The notes below the pieces were generated by a model. The model was not told the DNA's origin, did no database searches, and saw only the letters and a list, made by a program, of their open reading frames with translations. From the human T2T-CHM13v2.0 reference genome, Homo sapiens, in NCBI RefSeq assembly GCF_009914755.1, contig NC_060927.1: a DNA stretch of 64,000 nt; one strand, given 5' to 3'. This document shows positions 31,821 through 48,800 of the stretch, one piece after another. Position numbers and translations under genes: made by a program. The first letter of the stretch is position 1. Every line of letters starts with the position of its first letter.

Positions 31821-34800
31821 GCAACGCCAGAGCCTGGACTATTTCCTGCAGCACTTCTCCCCTGCCCTGCTCTATTTTATCTTTTTTAATAAAGATGACT
31901 CCTGATAAACGACTGTTTCTTCCAAATCTTGTAGTAGCATTGGAAAGGTGGCAGATGGGTCACAGACACTCTGCTGCTTTGCGCCCTCCCTGCACAGAAC
32001 GGGGGCTGTGCACACTCTAATTTAGGCGGCATGCAGTCATGTGATCCTCTCAGTTACTCAGAAAAACTGAAAGGAAAAGAGACCTCAGAGAAGAATCTGA
32101 GTGACCCCACCCGCAGCAAATCTTTAGCAGTGGCTCTGAAGGGCTGAGGCTCTGAGCAGGTGCAGGGGCAGAGTCCTACGCATTGTGCATGGCCTCCCCA
32201 CACTCACACTGCCCGGTGAGCATTTTCAGAAGGACAAGTGGCCCCTTCAGGTCCCATTTGCCTATGTTAATCATGCTGAGAGGTCCCCAGGAAGGTCCCG
32301 AAGTCCTAGGAACCAGGCCGTGCTGGGGTCAGAGTGACGGGGGTGTGGTCCTCAAAGCGCCTTAGGGGGCTACTTGTGCTGCTGGGCTCCTGGCTGTCTA
32401 GTGCGGCACTGGCCTTTCTGCTGCGATGGTTTCCCCTTTTGATAACAGCAGCACAAAGCGGTCCCCCTCAGAGGCCTGACAGAGGAGTGAGCCTTCATCC
32501 AGGCCCATGTTGAAGGGGTGCTTCTGGGCAAGGCAGGTGTCCTGGGGGTCAGGGGAGGGTTGACGGCAAAACACAGCCCTGAGGGATGGAGGGGGTGATG
32601 GGAATGGGAGCTTTCATAAGGCAGGTTCCAGTTTCCCAGGAACCTGGTGTTTCTGTGTCAGGCAGTGAATCTATGGGTGCAGATGCCCCATCAACACCCC
32701 TCGGGGAGCTTCCTTGTGGGTTCCTAAGGAGCCTGAGGAAGGTCCAGAAGGCCTCACCCTCATGCATGGCCAGGGCTCTGTGTGCACAGCCTTGAACATG
32801 CGATGACCCTGCCCATTACTGATGGTGGCCAGGGATGGTCCTGGAGTTTGACCAGCCAGATAAGATTCTCCTTCTCCCCAAGAGAACAGGACCAGGAAGC
32901 AAGAGGCGGGCTGGGGGAGAGGGTGGGAGTGTTGTGTGAGGTCTCTCGTCTCCCCAGTGTGCTGCTGTCTTTAAAATCCACTTTGGGGATGAGGGTCCCT
33001 CAGGTGTCAATACTGCCTGGACCCTTGTACACTCAACAAGCATTTGAAGGCTGAGCAATCTCTGAGTGCCTGGGGTGATCGTAACACTGATGACCTCACG
33101 AACAGTGACATTTACACAGTAGTCGTTATAAGCCAGGCCCTGTCATCGTAGTCTCATGTGTACAGCAAAGGGCATGCGGTTGTTAGAGAACATCATGATA
33201 CTAAGACCTTGACAAACCAAAAAAACATCACAGCTTTCAAATTTGCGGGTAACTCATCCAAATGCTGTTTAGGGCAAAGGTGAGATTTGAACCCAGGCAG
33301 TCAGGATTTGATGTTACTCTGTTCTGTGCTGTGCCAACTGTGTGAGGGTGTGTATGAGAGTGTGTGTGTGTATGCCAGTGGTGCCAGCCCATGTCATAGT
33401 CTTATTTATTCGTTCCATAGTCTGTACTGTGTGGCAGACACCAGGCCGGGCTCTAGTGGTGAAAAGACAGACAGATGCTGTTGCGGAGTTCTCAGACCGA
33501 TCAGAGATCATCCTAAGTGCCAGGAGGAGAAAACAGAGGAGATAGACTAAACTAAGGTGGAGCAGTGTGGAAGGCCTTGCCAAGGAAGTAGCATTTACAT
33601 TGAGCCCTGAAGGAGGTGCGGGAGGGAGCTTGTCAGTACGGAGTGGAGGGAACAGTGTTTCTAGCAGTGGGAACAGCATGTGCAAAGGCCCTGAGGTGAG
33701 CATAAGTTTCCTTGTTTGGAGAGCTAAGAGGTCAGCAAGGCTGGAGCACAGAGGGCAGGGGTGAGAGGAAGGAGCTGAGAAAGGGGAAGTGAGTAGGGCC
33801 AGATCCCGCCACTCCTTGCAGGCCCAGCAAAGGGATTTGGTAAGATTTTTAAAGATTTCAAAAAAATCTTAAGATGTTAAAGCCTTTGCAAGCTAAAATA
33901 AGATTTTGGTTTCTTTTCAAAGTTGCAAGAAGTAGTTTAATCTAAGATTAATAAAATAGTTACTATAATGTCTCCCATTAAGCACACATTTGGTGCCTGC
34001 TGTCTTTAATTCCTACCACGCCTACCTGTAGGTTGTGGCTGTCTCCAGCTAACCTGGGAAAGAGTGGCTCTGGGAGGGAAGTGACTTGCCGAGGTCATGC
34101 AGTTCCAGCCCACGAAGCCCCACGTGTGTGCTTCCTTCCCCTGCTCCTTTGTTTCCGGTCTGGTAAATGGGGATCTTTAGTGACCTTGAGGCTTCCGGCA
34201 CGTTCTTAGCACAATGTGTTCCTATGCGCTTTGTAAAGCAAAAGCAACTCTGAACTTCTTAGCTCGCGTCATCAGCTGTTCCCAGGTGACGGCACCTGGG
34301 CACTCCCAGCAGGGCTGGAGGTGGAAAAGATGGACTTTTCAGTGCATTTATCAGCAGGAGCCGGGCTGCCTGGAGGTCAGGAGAGTAAATCACAGCTCCC
34401 AGGCCTGAGAGCAGGAGGCGCATAGACAGCAGGGACAGCCGAGGGCCTCAGGGGAACCATCGCCGGCCCTTCACCCTGTTTGGAAACTGAGGCTAAGGTG
34501 CTGGGGATGGTGAGGGGGTTCTAGGTGAGCTGGGGCGGGGGTGGCATCAAGGTTGGGGATCCAGCCTCAGGCCTCGGCATCCACGTGAGCTTAGCCTGCC
34601 TTCTGCAGCTCCAAGCCAGGGCAGTGGTCTCTGCTCCCAACGTGTGAACGTCTTCTTGTGAGATGCCGCCCGGAAAGTCCCCACTTTGCTGTCTGTCTCC
34701 ACAACCCTGTCAGCCATCAGCGAAACCTGGTGGACCCCTTCGGAATCTGCCCCTCCAGCCGTCCATTGCCCCACCTGGCCCCGGCACCACCAGCTTTCCC

Positions 34801-35030
34801 CTGGTTGTAGCATTATGAACGGTCTCCCTGCTCTGCCTGTCAGCCCTGGCCCCTCCTCTGCTCAGCACCCTCCCACAGCACCCACCTCACCCAGGTGACA
34901 ACCAGGGTCCTCAGGGTGGGCACAGACCCTGCACAATGTGTCACTGTCACCTCTCTGACCTCATATCTTATTGCTCTTCCTCTTGCCCCTCCAGTATCCC
35001 CACTAGAACATGAGCTGAAAAGGGGCAATA

Positions 35031-35782
<752 letters not shown>

Positions 35783-38700
35783 TTAAAGTTTGATGAATTA
35801 AATTAAATAGCTTTTCTACCTTCTTCTTGTACTCTGTACACTAGATCACCAAATCTTTTCTCCCTTTTGATTCTCTTTCCTACTTCCATTCCCTTGCTCA
35901 TGCTGTTTCCTCTGATTAGAATGTCCTTTCACATAGAGGACTCTCATTCATTCTTCAAAACCCAACCTAAATTGACCCTCCGCCAAGTAGGGTTAATTTC
36001 TCTGTCTTCTTTGCTTCCATTGTCCTGTGGATATACCTTTCTCAGAGTCCTTAAAAGTGATCTATTTATGTGTGTTTATGAATCTTCACTTATCCTTGAG
36101 TTTCTTCATGGCAGGGATCTATTCTTTATTTTCTTCATCTCTCCCAGCCTGTGTCTAGCACATGTTAGGGGCCTGATACATATTTGTTGAATGGGTGACT
36201 AGAAGGCTTTCTGGTACTTACCACCTGCCAAGTGAATGTATGCTTGTTGAGTCCTATTTATGATGAACTTTCATTTTAACACAGCCCATATGTTCCAGAG
36301 AGAGAAAAACAGGCCCAAATCATAACAGAATCACAGACAATCACATCTCTAGGTGACTTTTCATGTCATTCATTCAGTGGCTTCTGGTAAAACAGTGTTC
36401 CATCTTTGGTGCATTAAACACATTTAGTGTTATCCGACGTACCATTGCCTTTCATCCCAGGATCAAAAGGCACCATGGGGCTATAAAACTAACTGACCAC
36501 GGGGGAAGTCCACTTGGTTAGAGGACAAAAGGGACGTTCATGCCCCATTGGGTTATACAACTCCTGGTGGTCGTAAAATGCATTGGTATCCATGTAAAGG
36601 TGTTGACCAAAAGTCATGGGGCGGACTATGATAACAAAACCCTTTGCCCTGCATGAGAATTTGATCTTGGGTTAACTTTCTAGCTCTGTTTCCCTGGGAA
36701 CCAGGTAAAAGCAGAATGTCCCGCTGCTGCTGGGCAGTATTGCTAATGGCACAATGGTATCTGGGCAGGGGGGCTATGAGTACCTGCTGGGCCACCAGGC
36801 TTGGGCTTCACAGAGCACAGTTACTCTGTGCTGGACACGTCCCTGTGGGGTGTCCGGGACACTTTGCTGATGGAATTGTTAGTAGAGGTGTTGGCTCCTG
36901 AGGGGCATGAGGCTTTTAAGCCAGGGCAGCTCCCATACCTGCCTGATGTGTCTCTGGTCTCTTTGCACCTGTGTGGTCACGGGGGTTGGGGGGTGATTGA
37001 CAATGGAGATGGTTCCCATGTGGCTGTGTGGGGAACTGCAGAAGAGGAACACTCGAAGCTACCCTCCTGGCATCCTGGCAGGCTGTGCTCCTGTCCTGGG
37101 TCCTTCTCTGTGGATGGTGGCCTAGGTTAGGCCTGTGGTGCTGAAAGTCGAGTTGAACCCCAAGACACGCCCTGGTGGGCACTGCAGAGATCAGATGCTC
37201 TGTGTGCCCCGTGCAGCACTGGAGAGGAAGCGCACGGGGCTGCTTCAGCACTCAGGACCCTAAAGGAAAAGTGGATTGGCTGAGAGGATGTCACGAGGCT
37301 GAAGCCCCCCAGCAGTCTGCCCAATGCCCCTTCTCCCATTGCACCCTGGACAGCAGGCGGTCCCTGCCTGGGCCAGGCCCAGGGCCCAGAACTGGGAGAC
37401 CAGTGATGCCCACATTGATCCCCAAGGCAGAAGTCATTCTCCTCCCAGGCCCTTCCACCCTTCCTCTCAGGGCCTTATAATTGGGTGTGGGGGCTTCTTT
37501 CTTCCTGCTGACCTCCTGGGCTCGGGCAGGACCTCTGTCTTCTCCCTCCTTCTGATTGGCCTGGGCCATAGAGGGGACTCATCCCTGGTGGGGAGGTTGA
37601 TGTCAGCTCTATTGGCCCCTGTGGCAGGCTCTTGCTCTGCACCGGCCCTGGATGGCGTATTCTTCCTGCCTTTGCCACTGAAGCCTCCCGGCAGCCTCCC
37701 GAGGTTGGCCTCCTCATTGCCTCCATTTCTCAGATAAGGAACCAGAGGTTCAGAGAGATTCAGCAACTTGCTCAAGGTCACCCAGCAGCTCTGGGGCTGA
37801 GGGAGGACTCGGCCCCAACCCCTGGGCTCAGAGCCTGGCTCTGAGCCACTGCTTTGTGCTGACCAACATTCCCTTCCAAAGCTCATTAATGTCCTGTGAC
37901 TCCAAACCAACAGCGCCTTAGGAGGGAGCTCTGGGCAGTGAATTTCTAGGGCACAAGATGTCCCCTTCCTTCCCTCCTCTGAGTCTGTCCATTCAGAAAA
38001 TGCTGAGATGGGCCAGGTATAAAGTCTGGAATGCGGCCCAAAAATGAATCAGATTTTCCTCTTCCTGCTAACGCCTTTGCTTTGACTTCCTCTGCAGTCG
38101 CCGTGGTCCCCGTGTGTCCCCAGTATGTCTCTTGTAAGCAGGAGCTTGCGTTCTCAGATCTGGCCAATAGGTGCATGGGGAAGGTGGATGTGGGGAACTG
38201 GGAGGCCAGTTTTTCCTTCCCTTCTGCTGGGAGGGTGGGACCTGCCCACCTGTCCCCCATCCCCAGCTTCCCTCTGATAGGAGTTCTGCCTCAAGAAAAA
38301 CTCTGCGGCAGGGAGGACTCTGCTGGGCACCCAGGGGTAGAGGCTGTGCCAGGAGGTGGTGTGCTCCCATCTCTGGAGGTGGGGAAGCAGAGACCTGGGG
38401 GCCTCCCTGCGATCTGGAGGAGCTCCATCCTTGTGGGAGGGTTTGGGCCTTTGGGATCCCTTCTAAACCTGAGTTTGTATCTTTCCATGATTTCCTCCCA
38501 GAGCTCAGGCCTCTAACTGGGAAGAAGCCAATTATGCAGGAAGCATTGACGTTTCCATGAAAAGCTGACATTCTGGGGCATTACTGAGGGAGTGTGGAGA
38601 GTCAGGCACAGCAGCTGCCCTGTGCCCACTGGCCGGGCAAGCTGGGGGTCTGGATGGGTCACACCTCCCCGCCAACCCTGCCCAAACCTCGATAGCAGGG

Positions 38701-39140
38701 CCTTCTGGAACCACAGTTCTCAACCTGTCTGACGAAAGACCCCTTTTTGTTATTTCCCGTCCATCACGATTGACACCTTGGTAAGTGGATACTCCTGCGT
38801 GAGATGCCAGGGCGCTGAGGGGCTGGAGTTGAGTATGTGCGCTGCCTCTTGCTTTCTGAGTTTACCCTGCTGTGGGCCTGTGCCATGGGGGACCAGCCAG
38901 TCCCCAGGCTGCCCCTCAGAGCACGGTTCCTCAGCAGCCGTAAAGGAAGCAGAGGGTCTGGGGCCCCACGCACGTCGCCCTTTGTGGGTCCTGAGCTCAT
39001 TGGCACATCGAGCACTCTGAGGAGTCTTGTGGGAAAGAAACGTGCTCACTGTTTCCCAAGCCTGTTTGACCTTGGAGTGCTTTCGACGGCCTCTACCACG
39101 GAGCTTGGCCCCCAGCGTCTGTTGCGAGAGGCCATTCTCT

Positions 39141-40870
<1,730 letters not shown>

Positions 40871-41069
40871 GGACAAGGTGAGCTCCCCATCCCTAGAGGT
40901 ATTCCAGAAGCCGCTTAGGGCTGCCTCTTAGGAATGCTGCAGATGGGAGTCTTTGAGTGCAGAGGTCACTCTTTGGGGGCGGGATGGACGACTTTTTAAA
41001 GACAGCTTTGTGGAGATACAACTTTTCAGTCCTTTGCAGTGGGGTGGAACTTGACTCTGTGGTTTTCTT

Positions 41070-41354
41070 TTTTCTTTTTTTTGAGACGGAATCTCGCTCT
41101 GTCGCCCAGGCTGGAGTGCAGTGGCGCCATCTCGGCTCACTGCAAGCTCCGCCTCCCAGGTTCACGCCATTCTCTTGCCTTAGCCTCCCGAGTAGCTGCG
41201 CCCGCCACCACACCTGGCTAATTTTTTTGTATTTTTAGTAGAGATGGGGTTTCACCGTCTTAGCCAGGATGGTCTCGATATCCTGAGCTTGTGATCCGCC
41301 TGCCTGGGCCTCCCAAAGTGCTGGGATAACAGGCGTGAGCCACCGCGCCTGGCC
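41070..41354 (-). mobile_element. AluY with ~10-bp internal deletion
   Basis: TSD gactctg(t/a)ggttttctt at 41053-41069 and 41355-41371. Confidence 0.93.
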
Positions 41355-43479
41355 GACTCTGAGGTTTTCTTGAAACTCCTATTTTATGAGTTGATAGAGG
41401 TGGTTATGGGGCTGGGTAAATAGGAAGGTCGTTGTGACCTTGAACTCCTTTATGGGTTGATTTGCCAATTGATCCAACAGTGGGATTGACAGTGCATTTG
41501 GGGCTTGATGGATTCTGCTGCACTGGCTCACGTGGACTTGGGGACACAGGCGTAGTGAGCCTCTGGCCTTGTGTGCCTGCCCCACAGTCTGGGTCTTTAG
41601 TGCCCTGGAGCATCAGCTTCCAAGTTTGTAAAGCAAGATTGCTGTGAGCTTGGTAGAGAGGAATGTGCAGGGTCCAACGCCCTCAGCGGGCCTGGGCCTC
41701 CAGCCTGGCCCCCCATGCAGTCACGTTCCTGTGCAGTGGGGTGATCCACAGATGTGGAGACATCCCAGGCCTGGCCATGCGGCCGAAACTGCTGCCACAG
41801 AGGGGGCTGTGCATTCCCTGGCCCCTTGGGCTGGTCAGATGAGGCCCCTCCGCAGACAGTGGAGTGGAGGCTGGAGGTAAGGCCTCCATGGACACATGAT
41901 GAGCCCTCCCTATAGTGGGCAGAGGGGGCTGGACACCAGGCCCCCCAGGAGTAGTACTAGTGATGTGCAGAGGCTGGCAGGTCCTTGGCTGAGCCAGGGC
42001 TGTCGGGAGCGCACAGCCACCTGCTTTGCTGGGGGAGAAAGGTGGGGCAGACACACAGTGGCCAGGCCTGGTGACCAATGGGGCACCTGGTGCCTGTGGG
42101 AGGGAGCCTGCCAGGGTCCCCTGTGAACCCCCTCCCCTCCAAGTGGAATTTTGCCACTCATAAGCAAAGGTGTTGGAATGACCGCCTGGCCCCTTAGTGG
42201 TATGTTAGTGTATGTGTTCATGTGTGCACACGTGTGTATGTGCTGTGTGTGCTGCAATGTGTGTTGGGGGGATCCGGCAGAGACCTTCCTCCTTTTATTT
42301 CAGGTAAGGCTAGAAACTGTAACATGTGACACCTTTGGCATTAGTTTTCCTCCTTGGTTATCTGTTGGGTGGGAGTGAGTTTCCTTCTCCCCTCTTTCCT
42401 GCCTGCTACAAACATTTCCTGACTTCCTGCTCCACTCCAGGCCTGTGCGCAGAAGCCTCCAGTGTGAGCGAGGCCCCAGCCTTCACACAGGTGAGCGGGA
42501 GAGCTGCAGGTGGTCCAGCTCTGAGCTGGGATGACACCACCTTTCCCAGTGGAAGGAGGCTGAGAACAGAGAGGCAAGGGTGGGGCCTTACCTGGAGGGT
42601 GATGGCCTCACAGCCGAGGAGACTCTTCAGTGCTGACCTCGGAAGGCTCTGAGATACGGGGCTGAGGAAGGGCTCTCCAGGCAGAGGGAATAGCAGGGGC
42701 ACAGGCCCAGGGCAGGGAGGGGACAGGGCAGCGTTCAGGGAGGTGGAGGTGAGGCCGGTGTAGGTGGGAGTGGTAGGACAGAGGCTGCAGAGGGTCTACG
42801 GGGTCAGTGGGAGATGAAGTAGGGCAGCCTGTCAGATGGGCTCACTGCCTGTGCTATTTTAAGGTCTTCTTCGTATCGATTGCCCTGGGCTTTGGCCTGA
42901 CCATCTTCCCAGAGCTCCCCAGTCTCCCTCCCCTCACCAGCACCGTCTACACTAGTGGGCCATGGCACCCAGAGGGCTGGCTTAGACCAGGGCTATGGGG
43001 CCCCCTCAGCTTGTGGGATCTGTTGGAAGCCCAGGGCCCTAGGAGATGGAAGGCAGCTGGGAGCCACCACCCTGGAGTCCCTACGGCCAAGAGGCTCCAC
43101 GGCCACAGCTGACCCATGCCGAGCCTCAGGCCAGGGGCAGAGTTCTGGTGTGGGGCTGCTAGGACAGGGGTGTTTGAATAATTCCTGCGTCCTGAATCTG
43201 AGCTCAGGCCTGACAGACAGGGCTGCTCGTTGCCTCTGCTTCCCGCACGCATGGCCAGCTGCCAAGATCCCTCTAGAACACGGCCCTGGCTTGTCTCTCT
43301 GGCTGGCCTTTTCACCCCAGACACAGGTGTGCCCGAGTTTCTCCTAAGCTGCGTGAGCCACTGGCACTCATTAAAACCCACCAGATGCAAATGGGATGAT
43401 ACGATTATCATTATTGAGATGCTTGTCAATAGCTGCAGCTTATCAGAGCCGCCTTTGTGCCAGGCTCTGCTCCAGGAAT

Positions 43480-43670
43480 GAGACCTCTTTTATCTCATCT
43501 AATCTTCACAACAACCTTGGTGGGAAGGTACGATTAGCTCCACTTTACAGGTGAGAAAACTGAGGCTCAGAGAGGTTAAGAAACCTGCCCCTCAGAGGCA
43601 CAGCGCACATGGGGCAGAGGCGGCATTCAGACTCTGGACTGCCTGACTCCAGAGCTGCTGAGCCACCACT
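43480..43670 (+). mobile_element. MIR
   Basis: ttacaggtgagaaaactgaggctcagagaggttaag core. Confidence 0.8.
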
Positions 43671-45833
43671 AGGGCCTCTCACAGAGGCTGGGCACTGACA
43701 CGCGCCCACAGGGGCTCAAAAACACAGGGCCGTGGGGGTCTCAGGTCCTCTGGCCATGGAGAGAAGGGTTCTGGGGACACGAAACCAGCGTGGAGGGACT
43801 GTGCCTGCGAGGGTGGGCGAGGGCTGCTTGGAGGGTGCGGCATTTGCTGTGGGCTTTTAGGGATTTCATCTGCCAGGATGGGGGCAGGGAGAGAGGGCCT
43901 TCCAGGAAGACGGAAGTTCCAGGGCAAAGGCCCGGAGGCTGGGCACCTGGATTTGGGCTCAGTGTGGTGGCTGAGAAGGGCTGGAGTGGTGCCAGTTCGT
44001 GGGTCCTGGCCTGGCCTTCAGAGATGGGCTGTGAGGGGATCAGACCTTTTTTTAGCGCCATGGAGAGGCAAGGATGGTGACTCGCCTGCCGGCTCTGTGG
44101 GCTCCTACTGGGGGAGGGGCGTCCAGGGAGGTGGCTGAAGACGCTGCTCCCAAAACAGGACTCGGGGGTGGATGCCTGAAGAGCCCAGACCCTGAGTTGG
44201 GGTCTTTGTTTGTAAGGCTGACCTGGGGCAGGGGGCAGAGGGGGGTGGTGGGGGCCCAGAAAACAGAGGCCCCAGGCAGGGATATTTCCTCCCTCCCTTC
44301 CTAATTCAGTAAATTTCATGGGCACGCTATTAGAAGTCCTGGATTCAGGAGCGACAGGATGAAGACCTCACTGCCAAGAAGGCCTTTCATGTTCATTGCT
44401 GTCGAGGAAGTGGTGAGACCCCCGTCATCACAGGTGTGAAAGCAGAGGCTGGATCCTCATTTCTTCAGGCTGTGCTTACACTGTTCTCCTGCCCTGTGTC
44501 TTGTCCACACAGACTGCGAGCTCCATGAGGGTGGAGATCGCTCAGTCATCCAACATACCTTTACTGCACACCTACTGTGTGTCAGGCACTGCTAGCCAGA
44601 GGATGCATCAGGGAACAGCATACAAGGTCTCTACCTTCTACCTGACTCTTGTCTCTCTCGAGTGATAGTACGTGATGATCTTGCCAGAGGGAGGCATCTG
44701 GGGTCTGTGCTGCTGTGTTTATAGAGTCACAGCCTCCTCACCTCCCACTCGGCCTCCCGGAGTCATTGACTGGCCATGGTACTTTCAGTCCTCAGCGGGC
44801 CGTGCCCTCCATGTGGATGGCGTTTATTTACAAGGCCTCAGGGCCTGCCTCCTTCCCCTTCTCCCCTAGGAATGTCCCCATTGGGGTGGGCATAGGGAGA
44901 AACACACATGACTCCTGAGGCTGCCTGAAGCCCACTCAGCTCCACGGAGATCGGCCCCCAAGACACTCTTCTTCTTAGGAAAACTCAGAGCGGAGGAGCC
45001 CCGGCTGTTAGTGTACTCCAGTGGCTGTGGCATGTGTCTGCCTGCAGTTTCCAGGGGCCTGGCTTTATCTGTGTAGATTGGGATAATCTAGAGTAGTTGC
45101 TGGAGCTCCTGGGGTTAAGCTGCTTGGACACGCATCAGCCCCCTCCTCCTGAGCACTGCAGGCAATTATCCTAGGGGAGGGACGGGTGGCCTGGCAGCTG
45201 GCGCCTCTGCAGTGGAGGTGGCAGTGGGGGCTTGGAGATTGCGGTTCCCTTCCCTGGGCCCAGGGAGGTGCAACCCCTGCCAGCTGCGTGAAACATCCTC
45301 CTGCAGTGAGTGTGCGGGACTAGATAAGAGGCCGAACTGGAGCCCTGGGAGGGCACCCAAGGATAAGGGCAGGACTTACCCTGTGCCGGGCACTTGGTGT
45401 TCATTCTACCTCACTGGGTCCCCCCAGCCTGGGGGATACCACAGCCAGGTCACACAGCCCAAGCCACATAAGTGACATTTGATGAAACCGGGATTCAAAA
45501 CCCGGTGCGTCTCCCTCCAAGATTGCTATTCTTTCACCAGGCTGGGCTGTGAATGGGCTGCTTCCCCCAACTCCCTTTGCTGAGGACCGGGACTCGGAGG
45601 CTCAGAAGAGTGAAGTGACCTGCTCAAGGCCTGTGATATTCCTGGGCCAAGATTCCTGAGCCTCCCCCTGCAGGAAGGTAAGTGATGTGTGGATACTGTC
45701 CCCACTGCATAGTAATGGGGAAGGTTGGAGGAGGGCAGGGCTGTAATCTCGGAAGCTTGTGAGGGGCTTAGCTCCAGTGCTGGGCGTCAGGCTGCTGCAG
45801 TGTTCTTGGAAAGTGCAAAAGAGAATTCCTGAG

Positions 45834-48800
45834 TGTATTAGTCTGTTTTCACACAGCTGATAAAGACATACCCGAGACTGGGATGAAAAAGAGGTTTAAT
45901 TGGACTTACAATTCCACATGGCTGGGGAGACCTCAGAATCATGGCAGGAGGCAAAAGGCACTTCTTACATCGTGGCAGCAAGAGAAGATGAGGAAGAAGC
46001 AAAAGCGGAACCCCCTGATAAACCCATCAGATCTTGTGAGACTTGTTCACTATCACGAGAATAGCGTTGGGAATGACCAGTCCCCATGAGTCAATTACCT
46101 CCCCGCTGGGTCCCTCCCACAACACATGGGAGTTCTGGGAGATACAATCCAAGTTGAGATTTGGGTGGGGACGCAGCCAAACCATATCATTCTGCCCCTG
46201 CCTGGCCCCTCCAAATCTCATGTCTTCACATTTCAAAACTAATTATGCCTTCCCAACAGTCCCCCAAAGTCTCTGTCTATGAGCCTGTAAATTCAAAAGC
46301 AAGCTAGTTACTTCCTAGATACAATGGGAATACAGGTATTGGGTAAATACAGCCATTCCAAATGGGAGAAAGTGGCCAAAACAAAGGGGTTACAAGGCCC
46401 ATGCAAGTTCAAAATCCAGCAGGACAGTCAAATTTTACATATATAACTTTTTATTATAATTTAAGGTATAGTCGATAATATAATGTTTTTATTTTTTATT
46501 TTTTTTTATTGATCATTCTTGGGTGTTTCTCGCAGAGGGGGATTTGGCAGGGTCATTGGACAATAGTGGAGGGAAGGTCAGCAGATAAACAAGTGAACAA
46601 AGGTCTCTGGTTTTCCTAGGCAGAGGACCCTGCGGCCTTCCGCAGTGTTTGTGTCCCGGGGTACTTGAGATTAGGGAGTGGTGATGACTTTTAACGAGCA
46701 TGCTGCCTTCAAGCATCTGTTTAACAAAGCACATCTTGCACCGCCCTTAATCCATTTAACCCTGAGTGGACACAGCACATGTTTCAGAGAGCACAGGGTT
46801 GGGGGTAAGGTCACAGATCAACAGGATCCCAAGGCAGAATAATTTTTCTTAGTACAGAACAAAATGAGAAGTCTCCCATGTCTACCTCTTTCTACACAGA
46901 CACGGCAACCATCCAACCTCTCAATCTTTTCCCCACCTTTCCCCCCTTTCTATTCCACAAAACCGCCATTGTCATCATGGCCCGTTCTCAATGAGCTGCT
47001 GGGCACACCTCCCAGACGGGGTGGCGGCCGGGCAGAGGGGCTCCTCACTTCCCAGTAAGGGCAGCCGGGCAGAGGCGCCCCTCACCTCCCGGACGGGGCG
47101 GCTGGCCGGGTGGGGGGCTGACCCCCCACCTCCCTCCCGGACGGGGCGGCTGGCCGAGCAGAGGGGCTCCTCACTTCCCAGTAGGGGCGGCCGGGCAGAG
47201 GCGCCCCTCACCTCCCGGACGGGGCGGCTGGCCAGGCGGGGGGCTGACCCCCCCACCTCCCTCCCGGACGGGGCGGCTGGCCGGGCGGGGGGCTGACCCC
47301 CCCACCTCCCTCCCGGACGGGGCGGCTGGCCGAGCAGAGGGGCTCCTCACTTCCCAGTAGGGGCGGCCGGGCAGAGGCGGCCCTCACCTCCCGGACAGGG
47401 CGGCTGGCCGGGCGGGGGGCTGACCCCCCCACCTCCCTCCCGGACGGGGCGGCTGGCCGAGCAGAGGGGCTCCTCACTTCCCAGTAGGGGCGGCCGGGCA
47501 GAGGCGGCCCTCACCTCCCGGACGGGGCGGCTGGCCGGGCGGGGGGCTGACCCCCCCACCTCCCTCCCGGACGGGGCGGCTGGCCGAGCAGAGGGGCTCC
47601 TCACTTCCCAGTAGGGGCGGCCGGGCAGAGGCGGCCCTCACCTCCCGGACGGGGCGGCTGGCCGGGCGGGGGGCTGACCCCCCCACCTCCCTCCCGGACG
47701 GGGCGGCTGGCCGAGCAGAGGGGCTCCTCACTTCCCAGTAGGGGCGGCCGGGCAGAGGCGGCCCTCACCTCCCGGACGGGGCGGCTGGCCGGGCGGGGGG
47801 CTGACCCCCCCACCTCCCTCCCGGACGGGGCGGCTGGCCGAGCAGAGGGGCTCCTCACTTCCCAGTAGGGGCGGCCGGGCAGAGGCGCCCCTCACCTCCC
47901 GGACGGGGCGGCTGGCCAGGCGGGGGGCTGACCCCCCCACCTCCCTCCCGGACGGGGCGGCTGGCCGGGCGGGGGGCTGACCCCCCCACCTCCCTCCCGG
48001 ACGGGGCGGCTGGCCGGGCGGGGGGCTGACCCCCCCACCTCCCTCCCGGATGGGGCGGCTGGCCGGGCGGGGGGCTGACCCCCCAACCTCCCTCCCGGAC
48101 GGGGCGGCTGGCCGGGCAGAGGAGCTCCTCACTTCCCAGTAGGGGCGGCCGGGCAGAGGCGGCCCCCACCTCCCGGACAGGGCGGCTGGCCGGGCGGGGT
48201 CTGACACCCCCACCTCCCTCCCAGACGGGGCAGCTGGCCTGGTGGGGGTTGACTCCCACCTCCCTCCCGGACGGGGTGGCTGCCGGGCGGAGAAGCTCCT
48301 CACTTCCCAGACGGGGTGGCTGCCAGGCGGAGGGGCTCCTCACTTCTCTGACGTGGCGGCTGCCGGGTGGAGGGGCTCCTCACTTCTCAGAGGGGGCGGT
48401 TGCCAGGCGGAGGGTCTCCTCACTTCTCAGACGGGGCGACCGGTCAGAGATGCTCCTCACCTCCCAGACGAGGCGCTCCTCACATCCCAGACGGGGTGGC
48501 AGGGCAGAGGCGCTCCCCACATCTCAGACGATGGGCGGACGGGCAGAGACGCTCCTCACTTCCTAGATGGGATGGCGGTCGGGAAGAGGCGCTCCTCACT
48601 TCCTATATGGGATGGCGGCCGGGCAGAGACGCTCCTCATTTTCCAGACTGGGTAGCCAGGCAGAGGGGCTCCTCACATCCCAGACGATGGGCGGCCAGGC
48701 AGAGATGCTCCTTACTTCCCAGACGGGGTGGCGGCCGGGCAGAGGCTGCAATCTCGGCACTTTGGGGGGCCAAGGCAGGCGGCTGGGAGGTGGAGGTTGT

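Noticed and set aside
33838-33950. AT-rich aagatttt/aaaatctt micro-repeats with hairpin potential
   Set aside because: Short and degenerate, adjacent to an L2 fragment, with no supportable function.
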